Virus record (IMG/VR): IMGVR_UViG_3300038674_000376
Span: 1-36,302 of that record
Strand: one strand, 5' to 3'
DNA from: a virus
Lineage: Duplodnaviria > Caudoviricetes
Length of the DNA: 36,302 bases
Under the pieces are notes generated by a model. It ran no database searches and was not told the origin of the DNA. It worked only from the letters and a program-made list of their open reading frames with translations. Shown in pieces: positions 19,021 to 27,302 of this stretch. A program made the position numbers and the translations under genes. Within the stretch, counting starts at the first letter, position 1; the number at the start of each line of letters is the position of its first letter.

Positions 19021-19587
19021 TTATCCCAAGTTCTTGTAATACTCGGTAGTCTGTGCAATCATAAGACTGTTCAGATCGGTAAGAGCACGAGATTGGTTCA
19101 ACAAATCTTCAGCAAGCTTTTCAAGCTCGGTAGAAGTTTCTTTATTAATAGCAACGATTAGTTCTACTAATGACTTTCTGTCATTAAAGAAATAGGGACG
19201 ATCAACATCTTCAGCTTTTGCTAAGTTGATTGCTTCATTCAGAGCCTCACGAGTAGGTTTCTGAATTTCCGGAGAGGTGGACAATTTAAATGTCAACTTC
19301 GGATCATTATTAAACATTACCTGTAATTCGTTAGTGAGAGGATTCTCAACTGGCGAAACAGCAAACAAGTCAATGACTTCGAGATACACTTGCTTTGCAG
19401 CATTCTTCAACATGAAGTATTTACCTTCACGAACCTTATCGTTATGCTTGAGGTCGATATTACCAACCCTAACTACACACAGGGTTTCACCTGCGAGGCT
19501 ACTGTAGGCTTTAAATTCAGCACGCTTAGCATTGAATTTGCTCTGCATACTGGGGTCAAGGCCTTTGAAATTATTTTCTTTACTCAT
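19021..19587 (-). CDS. Hypothetical protein
   Basis: Start reassigned to MSKENNF (ATG 19587), preceded by AAAAAGGATTTAT; 188 aa. Confidence 0.8.
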   Translation of the reverse strand: MSKENNFKGLDPSMQSKFNAKRAEFKAYSSLAGETLCVVRVGNIDLKHNDKVREGKYFMLKNAAKQVYLEVIDLFAVSPVENPLTNELQVMFNNDPKLTFKLSTSPEIQKPTREALNEAINLAKAEDVDRPYFFNDRKSLVELIVAINKETSTELEKLAEDLLNQSRALTDLNSLMIAQTTEYYKNLG

Positions 19588-19599
19588 ATAAATCCTTTT

Positions 19600-21630
19600 T
19601 GATTCAACTCCTGATGGAGTCGCGATTATAACTAATTTAATTAACACTAAAAAGAGGTGCAAACACTGTATTTTGTATCCACTGGTAATTAATTCACGAC
19701 GCCATTGTCGCTCGCTTTAAGAAAACTTTGAAAACGAATTATATTACGATGTACCCATTCAAGGGATAACAGTGTTGCAATTCAAATTCTTTTGATATAT
19801 TTCTGTAAATTTTCTGAAATACATTTGAAAAATATATATTATAGCCAAATCAAAACAACTTACTAGAACGTAGTGTTTTACACTACTCTGCATGCTCCCT
19901 TTCGGACACTTTACTCATTAGACGAATGAGTCAGCAGTACTTCACTTATTTATCCTTATACTATTTTGCTTCATGTTCGAGATTTATTTTATAACGTATC
20001 GCACATTGATATAAATAATACCTAACTTCCGTTATTTTTAGTTATCACTTTTCATACCATATATCACGTTAAGCAATATATAGGGGAATCCAATGGTAGG
20101 ATATACTAAGCCCATCCGAAAAACACGTATCGTGTAAAGCTAAACTATATGAAATTATCGGTGAATTTTACTTCAACGGTCGTTTAATAAAACGTTACCA
20201 AAATCCTTATATAATTGCTGTCAATCTTTCATGACACCCACAATTATAATGCTTTATCGAGCACTTTCGAGGTCCTAAATGTGATTAAATTGAATGTATT
20301 TTTGGATTTCCACCAATCATCCCTAATGAGGGGAATCAGCGATCTTTTTCGACAAATATGTTGCGCATATTTACGTAAAAAGGTTCAATGGGTTGCAATA
20401 CTATAATGTCACATTACTCCAAGGCCGCATCAGTATATCGATCGTGTGGATATATTTATCCTAGCGGGTGACTTCCTTGCATTTATTTGCTTTGTTTTAG
20501 CTGGTTGCTTCAGCGTCCCACAGAGGTTTTACGTTCTTCTGATTCTCAGTCAGCAAGCTACCTCTATTGCAATCATATATATACTTACTTTATCTTGGAG
20601 TAGATAATCTGTTATATATACTACGTGCTTGGCTTTAATTTCGATCCGATTCAGGATGTTTCGGGAACCTTGTTTCCATTTGAATGAGTTTGGAGAACTG
20701 CTTTTTATGCTTTTGCGCTGTTTATATCATATTACAACAATATATGATATACCAATATCCAGTAATAATGCGTACTCAGATCGCAGAGGTTGATTATTCA
20801 TAGGTTAATATTACCTTTATAGTCGTATAAATCAACAAATGGACGACTTTATTAAAAATTAATTACAAGTTCACCATGCATCTTATATCTCACACTGACA
20901 TATACGATACACTGATTGTTGCAAATCTAAAATATTAAACAAGTATTTGACACGTAATTTACTTCTCAGATACTAACTCTAACGTTCGTATCATTACGCA
21001 TAGGTTTGTCACCTAATCCAGTTAACCTGTCATATAGCTTACATACAACGTAATACTATATGGGTCATAGCTACTCAGCCATGTCTTTTTTAATATTTAA
21101 TGGTGCTACTAATTTTTAATGAAACTCCTTCATAAAAGTAGAGTATTTAAACTGCGAAACACTGTCTAAACTAGCCCAGCTGGCTACTACTTTGAACACT
21201 AAGTTGTTGTTTTTATATACTTTTTATCGCATAATGGGGGCTTTGGACACTCCCTGGAAGACGCTTCACGGTCTGTAGTTTTGGGCCACTCGTGTTGAAT
21301 TCCTTTTTGATTCATCTTATGATTAAGAAGCGAATTCTATAGAGGTAAACGATACCCCTTGAGTTTTTTAGCCGGTGGTTCCGGACTTACGTGAAATTCA
21401 TTATAAGCTAATCGCCAAACGGTTCTCATTGATACTCATAACATGGGCCAACTCTCACTCTCCCATTTTCTTAATGCTTTTTCAGTAAAAAACAATAAAT
21501 ACTACATTAAGTTATCATAGTAATTACATTATCGTTGATAATCTTTCCTATCCTGTATTGCTTTATAATCTATTATAACTGATCAGGTATATAATAAACC
21601 TTTGATTATTTATAGCATTTATATTCCGAT
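19600..21630 (-). ncRNA. ~2 kb ORF-free, densely base-paired region: candidate very large structured RNA (or RNA cluster)
   Basis: No - strand ORF >=60 aa inside; more than 20 hairpins, long-range stems and a predicted pseudoknot (see findings). Strand inferred from flanking genes and GNRA loops. Confidence 0.6.
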
Positions 21631-21635
21631 TATAA

Positions 21636-22004
21636 TCATTCTAGTACCGGATTGGTTTTATCTTCACCAATATTTGCTAATTGAAGAATTGAATTTTTGG
21701 GTGCTTCTTCAAGTTTAGCAAATCTATTTAATAACTTATTTCCAAACCTCGTATCTACAACATACGTTGGTTTTTCAACAGTCACGGTTACGTACTTGAT
21801 GACAGGTTTGCCATCGTTAATATTCTCAGCTGTCACGTTAACATCAATCTTCACATCGTTTTGACGTGGAACATCGATAAAACGTGGGACAATTTGTGTT
21901 TCACTAGCAACTGCTGTTTCAGTTGGTGTGAAATCAAAAAGTCCACCAATCGTACTCCCAATAAAGAGTACAATTAGTGTTATGATTAGATTACTTCGTT
22001 TCAT
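21636..22004 (-). CDS. Hypothetical secreted/membrane-anchored protein
   Basis: MKRSNLIITLIVLFIGSTIGGLF signal/TM-like N-terminus. Confidence 0.75.
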   Translation of the reverse strand: MKRSNLIITLIVLFIGSTIGGLFDFTPTETAVASETQIVPRFIDVPRQNDVKIDVNVTAENINDGKPVIKYVTVTVEKPTYVVDTRFGNKLLNRFAKLEEAPKNSILQLANIGEDKTNPVLE

Positions 22005-23418
22005 TTGCCGGCTCTTCTTTTGCAGGTTCTTCTTTCTGAGTTTCCTCAGTTTTAATTTCTTCTACAGAAGTTTCGGTAGCTTCAACTGGAGTATCTTCTA
22101 CGTAAAATCGTTCAACAGGGTATTTAAACGCTGTTGCAATCGATTTCATTTTCGTAATTAACGCTTCAACTGCATCACCACCGGTTAAATCAATACCTAA
22201 GTTTGCAGCTAGGGTAGTTTTTAACTTCAATGGTTGAATATCTACCTTGAATGTTTCATCAAGATGAATATCCACAGCTTTGTTCAATTTTTCATTCGGT
22301 TTAGCAAAGATTTCTGCTATCTTTTCTATAAACACATCATGTTTTGCAATATGAATGTCATATAACCTACCATAAAATGAAGATGAGAACGTTCTGTTGT
22401 TTTCTTGAGACTCAACTTCAGAACTTCTTGACACAAACAACGTGATCATGTAAGATAATTCTTCATCGGAAAGCACATTTTCAGGAAAATGATTCTTCCG
22501 AAGTGTTGTGAAAATCGTAAACAACTCATTATTAGCGATAAATGAGCCCGAAATCATTGACATGTAACAACTCAATAGCAAACTTGATTTGCTCTTTACT
22601 AGTGTGTTACCGCCCTTCTTCGGATCAGGCTCGAATATTGTGAATTTTTGCAACATACATTTCATTGCCTCTTTTGTGTCAGAGATTTTGTATGCCTTCT
22701 TCACTCGATTTAGGCCTTCAATAAAATTGACTGCCATTGCCTGCATTCCATCAGCTTTGGTATTTTTTCTTGCCAAGGCTGCGGTAATATTTGCCAACTT
22801 TTCTTCCTCTGTCATATCTGCTGAAATATCAGGGATAACAGTTTGCTGCGCTAACTTGACTTCCTTTTTTGCAGTTACCTCAATTTCTTCAGGAACTTCA
22901 TCAAATTTAATCTTAGTTTGCCCATCTGTACCAGAGGGTAGCAACTTTGTAGATATCCCGAACATACTGAATAATTCTTCAGCATATTTTTTAGCGGTAT
23001 CGTTTTGCATCAATAAGCCCATTTCTTTTCCTTCGGCGTTGATTTGAGCATATGCCCTAATCGATTCGAAACAAATTGACATGTTTACCATGTAATTGAG
23101 TGAATCTGCAAGATTTTCAGGAATTAATCCCCTTTGCAATCTACTATCGGTTAATGCCGCTAATTGAACACGAGCATCAGGACTTAGCCGTGCTCCGTCT
23201 TTACCAACCATCTTGGCTGTAACCACATCTAATGTGATTTCATCCTTTTTAGGAGCTGGTATGATTTTTGGGGTTGCTGCTGCCACTTCTACTGGTTTCT
23301 TTTCTTCTGGAGTTTTCACTTCAGGAGCTTTTGTTTCTACCGTTTTTTCTACTGGTGATTCAACTTTTTTTACTGATTTGTCACCTGTTGCTTTTTTGTT
23401 GTTATTTTTCTTTGCCAT
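21991..23418 (-). CDS. Hypothetical protein with low-complexity K/E/P termini
   Basis: 475-aa ORF. Confidence 0.85.
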   Translation of the reverse strand: MAKKNNNKKATGDKSVKKVESPVEKTVETKAPEVKTPEEKKPVEVAAATPKIIPAPKKDEITLDVVTAKMVGKDGARLSPDARVQLAALTDSRLQRGLIPENLADSLNYMVNMSICFESIRAYAQINAEGKEMGLLMQNDTAKKYAEELFSMFGISTKLLPSGTDGQTKIKFDEVPEEIEVTAKKEVKLAQQTVIPDISADMTEEEKLANITAALARKNTKADGMQAMAVNFIEGLNRVKKAYKISDTKEAMKCMLQKFTIFEPDPKKGGNTLVKSKSSLLLSCYMSMISGSFIANNELFTIFTTLRKNHFPENVLSDEELSYMITLFVSRSSEVESQENNRTFSSSFYGRLYDIHIAKHDVFIEKIAEIFAKPNEKLNKAVDIHLDETFKVDIQPLKLKTTLAANLGIDLTGGDAVEALITKMKSIATAFKYPVERFYVEDTPVEATETSVEEIKTEETQKEEPAKEEPANETK

Positions 23419-23488
23419 TTTTTGATAAAATTTTTAAATATTTGAACAAAATGTTAATTATAATTATTTACTGTATTCATGACTTACG

Positions 23489-23854
23489 TCAAGAATCATT
23501 AATGTATTCGGTAACTAGGTTACCAATTAGTACCGGTGCTATTAAAAAATAGTTGAAGTTATTGTCACAACTAACCATAATATTACTCTCAAAGTCATAG
23601 TTGGTAATTACATTCTCTACAAAAGATGTAATTCCACTTTGAGTAGTCTGGTTAGCTTTTTTAACTTCAACATTTTCCTTGGTATTATTCCATTTAGCTA
23701 TCTTGTCCTTAGCTAAACTAATACCAGCACCAACGATGATACCGAACAACAAGATGGCCATTAGCTTGTTGAACTGTTTCGAACTTTTGTAGTAGTATTT
23801 GCATACCAAAAAGATAAACAAAATACCTACTAATAAAAGAATAAAATTCATCAT
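23489..23854 (-). CDS. Hypothetical membrane protein (2 TM)
   Basis: Two hydrophobic segments: FILLLVGILFIFLV and LMAILLFGIIVGAGI. Confidence 0.75.
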   Translation of the reverse strand: MMNFILLLVGILFIFLVCKYYYKSSKQFNKLMAILLFGIIVGAGISLAKDKIAKWNNTKENVEVKKANQTTQSGITSFVENVITNYDFESNIMVSCDNNFNYFLIAPVLIGNLVTEYINDS

Positions 23855-23881
23855 AGGTTTGAAAATTTGAGTTTGAAAAAA

Positions 23882-24442
23882 TTATGTTAATTGATTTATG
23901 ATTTCTTTTAATCTTACTCTGGCTTTACTTAAAGTACTTTTTAGTGTACTCTCAGGTATGTCGAGTTCGTATGAAATCTGTTTATAAGATTTCCCGTCAA
24001 TTCGGGCTTGGATCAAATCACGATAGCGTTTCCTTAGTTTAGGTAAGGCTTTCATGATTATTTCAACATTTTCTTTAGCTATATTCTCATCTTCTGGTGA
24101 TGCAGATAGTTCATTCAATTGAATTGTACTTTCCTCATCGTCAATATAGTTGTTTAATTTCTCATTTTTCATCTTTCTAATGTAGTCAATAGAAGTGTTA
24201 ATTGCTATTGTTTTTATCCACATTTCAAAAGATATATTATCTACAAAAGATTCTATTTTTTGATAGACTTTTGTAAATGTAATAGAAATTAAATCGTCGG
24301 CAATATCTTTATTTTTTACAATATTATATATCGTCAACCATATTGTTTTATAAAAATGATGGTATATTTTAGAAAATGCTTTTTCAGACCGATTGATTTT
24401 AACTTCCTCAACTAATTTGTTGATTTCTGCTTTATCTATCAT
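23882..24442 (-). CDS. ECF-type RNA polymerase sigma factor
   Basis: Region 2 (ADDLISITFTKVY...SFEMWIKTIAINTSIDYIRK) and region 4 HTH (KSYKQISYELDIPESTLKSTLSKAR); start MIDKAE at 24442. Confidence 0.9.
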   Translation of the reverse strand: MIDKAEINKLVEEVKINRSEKAFSKIYHHFYKTIWLTIYNIVKNKDIADDLISITFTKVYQKIESFVDNISFEMWIKTIAINTSIDYIRKMKNEKLNNYIDDEESTIQLNELSASPEDENIAKENVEIIMKALPKLRKRYRDLIQARIDGKSYKQISYELDIPESTLKSTLSKARVRLKEIINQLT

Positions 24443-24459
24443 AGGTCTTAATTTTATGT

Positions 24460-24489
24460 GATATACAGTTAAACCAATAACTGTATATC
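24460..24489. terminator. 12-bp hairpin between genes (terminator or processing site)
   Basis: GATATACAGTTA/TAACTGTATATC; no clear U-tract. Confidence 0.45.
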
Positions 24490-24497
24490 GGAGCAAA

Positions 24498-25115
24498 CTA
24501 AAATGGCAAACAAAACTCAGCATAAGCTTTAAGCTCTGCTTTTCTACGAACTTCGTACAATTCACGAAGCCAATTTGACCACATTATTTGTTCTTCGTTT
24601 GTCAATATAGAAATACTAAAAATCATCGTTACGATTACTCGCATACTTATGTCGTCGGTCATAAGTTTCCTGCTATCAGTGTTTCCATAATTAAAACTTT
24701 TCATTAATTTAGTGTATCTTCTAACTATGTCTTTTACTTTTTGGTCAAACATAGCTAGATTACATTTCCCGTTATATCTCCATAATGGAAGATATGCATT
24801 GTAATCAAGTTCACAATCACACGTCTTGTATGGTATATTATATGGAGTATTTCCAATATATGTACAAGCCATATTTTTTACTTTCCTATGATTAAGTTTA
24901 ATAAACTCAACTCCTGTAAAGTTAAATTTATGTCGATCTTCTTTAATAAACATATTCATTATAGAAAATCTTATGTCTATTGACATTTGTTCCGAATCAT
25001 AAGAGTTTAGCTTTGTAACATATCCATTGTTTTTTGTTTCAACGACTTGGTTTCCTACTATTATTTTACGGTTCGTTTTTCCGAAATACCGTAAATCATA
25101 CACCCTTGATTGCAT
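24498..25115 (-). CDS. Hypothetical protein (ends CLPF, TAG stop)
   Basis: 205-aa ORF; stop is TAG at 24498-24500. Confidence 0.75.
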   Translation of the reverse strand: MQSRVYDLRYFGKTNRKIIVGNQVVETKNNGYVTKLNSYDSEQMSIDIRFSIMNMFIKEDRHKFNFTGVEFIKLNHRKVKNMACTYIGNTPYNIPYKTCDCELDYNAYLPLWRYNGKCNLAMFDQKVKDIVRRYTKLMKSFNYGNTDSRKLMTDDISMRVIVTMIFSISILTNEEQIMWSNWLRELYEVRRKAELKAYAEFCLPF

Positions 25116-25536
25116 ATTTTACTTGTTTTAGAATACTTGCAGCTTCTACTGCTGTATGCCCATTTTTCATTAAAGAAAATTTGAATTTAGTATCAGCATC
25201 TTTGCCGTGTTCTAAAATCATATTTCTATAATTCATAATATCTTTGTCATGGATATTAATTACTTTAGACGCATTTAGCATTTCTTCTATTTCATCTTTA
25301 ATAGTTATTATACCAAATCCATCTTCAAAAGTATACCCATATGGGTTAGCTTTAATTTCAGTTATTATTGGACTTTTTGGTCCAATCTTAACAACATCTC
25401 CATTTTTATAAAATGTTGAAATGTTAATTCCAACAATTATATCCAATAATGGCGGAGTACCGACTACTTTACAAAGATACATTTCATTAGTTTCTTTGTT
25501 GGTAATCAATAAGTTACCTGGTAGTATTTTAATCAT
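25096..25536 (-). CDS. Hypothetical protein
   Basis: Start MIKILPG (25536), overlapping the upstream stop. Confidence 0.75.
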   Translation of the reverse strand: MIKILPGNLLITNKETNEMYLCKVVGTPPLLDIIVGINISTFYKNGDVVKIGPKSPIITEIKANPYGYTFEDGFGIITIKDEIEEMLNASKVINIHDKDIMNYRNMILEHGKDADTKFKFSLMKNGHTAVEAASILKQVKYAIKGV

Positions 25537-25711
25537 TTTTGTAAAAGTTATCTGCCACAATTCCGGCATCGGTTAAACTTATTTCAAATGTATCTCTCAC
25601 TAATGCTGCAAATTCCATTTTAGATTTTGCTTCAGCTTTCGCTGTTTTTACTAGCTCGATAAGGCGATCTTTTTCACCGTTATCAAATTTTACCCATCGT
25701 ACTATTTGCAT
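25529..25711 (-). CDS. Small hypothetical protein
   Basis: 60-aa ORF tightly packed in the operon. Confidence 0.7.
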   Translation of the reverse strand: MQIVRWVKFDNGEKDRLIELVKTAKAEAKSKMEFAALVRDTFEISLTDAGIVADNFYKND

Positions 25712-25713
25712 AA

Positions 25714-25998
25714 TTATAGGTTGTTTTCAAGATCCTTCCAGTACTGACTACCTTCTTTGGTATTCTCAATATTGAAACATTTTGTTAATGAACAGTTAGT
25801 CACAAGATGAGATAATCGATTTAACACTTTTTTAGTGCGTTCTTTCGCTTGATTCCCATTTCCACCACGACCTTTCCAATTACTTGGAATCGAGTCTCTG
25901 TACATATAATTACAGAATGCCGTTAATTTTTTTTCTTTTCTTAGAGAATCCACCCATCTTTGCGGTAGAATCTCAACAATTGTAGTTTGATTAATCAT
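25714..25998 (-). CDS. Hypothetical protein
   Basis: 94-aa ORF ending in a TKEGSQYW motif. Confidence 0.75.
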   Translation of the reverse strand: MINQTTIVEILPQRWVDSLRKEKKLTAFCNYMYRDSIPSNWKGRGGNGNQAKERTKKVLNRLSHLVTNCSLTKCFNIENTKEGSQYWKDLENNL

Positions 25999-26063
25999 TT
26001 TTACATAGATTAAAATTAAAAATTTTGATATTATTAACTAACTTTATAAAATTAAATAAAATA

Positions 26064-26158
26064 TGATCAAATGGGCATCCGTTTACCTATTGAGTAGCTC
26101 AAATTTGTTAATTATGGGCTACTGGAGATTCGAACTCCTTTTTTAGTACATTTGATCA
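26064..26158 (-). ncRNA. Circularly permuted tRNA-like RNA (T arm, closed acceptor-like hairpin, D-like loop)
   Basis: TGATCAAATG ... GGAG-TTCGAAT-CTCC AGTAGCCCA-loop-TGAGCTACT CAATAGGTAAACGGATGCC CATTTGATCA. Confidence 0.6.
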
Positions 26159-26160
26159 AT

Positions 26161-26230
26161 TGGGATAGAGCCGGACTCGAACCGGCGACCTTAACTTTTA
26201 CATTACGCTCTACCCCTGAGCTATCTATCA
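26161..26230 (-). ncRNA. tRNA-like RNA with truncated anticodon arm and encoded CCA
   Basis: GATAGA/TCTATC-CCA, GCTC-AGGGGTA-GAGC D arm, GCCGG-TTCGAGT-CCGGC T arm; anticodon arm only 14 nt (TAATGTAAAAGTTA). Confidence 0.75.
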
Positions 26231-26231
26231 A

Positions 26232-26456
26232 GGACACTTTATTTTACTAGGGTGATAGTCCAGACCCCGAGATTACTTTTAGGCACTCAGCCTAGTGTAA
26301 TCATTGATTAACATTTTGCCAGTTATGGCTTTATTGACCTATTCTATTTCACAATGTAGCAATCAAATGCCTATATGCCCCGTTTTTTAATGTTACTTGT
26401 GGAGCATGAGGTATCGAAACCTCGTCTTACTACTGATTAATAGACCTAGCAGTCAA
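26232..26456 (-). ncRNA. ssrA: Circularly permuted (two-piece) tmRNA
   Basis: Acceptor piece ...GTAGTAA-GAC-GAGGT-TTCGAT-ACCTC-ATGCTCC-A (ends 26400); 18-nt spacer; coding piece starts GGGGCAT (26381) giving G3:U70; ATAACT then GGC resume codon, tag GKMLINDYTRLSA-TAA (26320-26279); downstream pseudoknot. Confidence 0.85.
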
Positions 26457-26461
26457 TTTCT

Positions 26462-26644
26462 TTATGCTATAGCTAATTGAGATTCCAATAACTTATTATT
26501 TAATCTCTGTAGCTGCCTTTCGTTAGTTTTAAGGAGTTTTCCTTTTAAACTAGGTAGAACCATATTAATAATATTGATTCTTCTTTCCAAATGTGTAATC
26601 CTTCTCGTATAGAGTTTGCTTACACGTTCGCTTTTGTTTGTCAT
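26462..26644 (-). CDS. Small basic coiled-coil protein
   Basis: 60-aa ORF ending QLAIA, directly upstream of the tmRNA. Confidence 0.65.
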   Translation of the reverse strand: MTNKSERVSKLYTRRITHLERRINIINMVLPSLKGKLLKTNERQLQRLNNKLLESQLAIA

Positions 26645-26661
26645 TTTGATATGATTTTAAT

Positions 26662-27288
26662 TTATAAAAATAAAACTTTTAGTACAGAATCATAAGATTT
26701 CTGTGCTCTAAACACACGTATTATCCCAGTATTAACTGATAAATAGTATATACCTTTATCATTTCCTTTAAGGAAATATGCAGTTAAATTAGTTTTCTTA
26801 ATGGCAATTCTACCACCACCAAATAAACGTAATACTACCACATTTGACCTACTTCTACCAACTACTTTGCTGAATGCAATTATTTTTAGTGCTGTTTCTA
26901 CAGACAATACATCTTTAGTTTTAACTAAATTCATGAATTCCGCTAGATTATATTTTGTAGCACTTGGTCTTAATTTCGATAACATTAAATTCATTTCATT
27001 ACATATCTTAGTCAATATAGTACGAATTTCGTAATACAATGTATCTTTGTTCAATTTTTTTAACAATTTTTTAGTTGCTATTTCTATTGATGTTGATTCA
27101 CTGTTTATAAATATTGATAATGACTGCATGAAATAAGGTACTTCAGATAAGTCTTCATTGTTTTCATGAAAAGATTTAACTAAATCTCTTATATGTTCAC
27201 AAGTAGCTATCTGATCAAATTCGATCGTTTTAACAATATCCTCATCTTGGATATGTTCTCTTATACTTATTTCGATGTAACCTTTCAT
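26662..27288 (-). CDS. Hypothetical protein
   Basis: 208-aa ORF. Confidence 0.75.
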   Translation of the reverse strand: MKGYIEISIREHIQDEDIVKTIEFDQIATCEHIRDLVKSFHENNEDLSEVPYFMQSLSIFINSESTSIEIATKKLLKKLNKDTLYYEIRTILTKICNEMNLMLSKLRPSATKYNLAEFMNLVKTKDVLSVETALKIIAFSKVVGRSRSNVVVLRLFGGGRIAIKKTNLTAYFLKGNDKGIYYLSVNTGIIRVFRAQKSYDSVLKVLFL

Positions 27289-27302
27289 AAAGTTTAATTA
27301 AA

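Noticed and set aside
20215-20406. 63-aa + strand ORF inside the large non-coding region
   Set aside because: TTG start, opposite to all neighbours, no recognisable motif, and it overlaps strong hairpins
19600-21630. Group I/II intron, RNase P RNA, rRNA fragment or CRISPR array as the explanation of the 2 kb gap
   Set aside because: The flanking genes are complete, there is no intron-encoded ORF, I could not find the catalytic-core signatures by eye, and there are no regularly spaced identical repeats; a covariance search is still needed to exclude divergent cases
26161-26230. Amber suppressor tRNA
   Set aside because: There is no CTA in the loop (TAATGTAAAAGTTA) and the arm is too short to assign any anticodon
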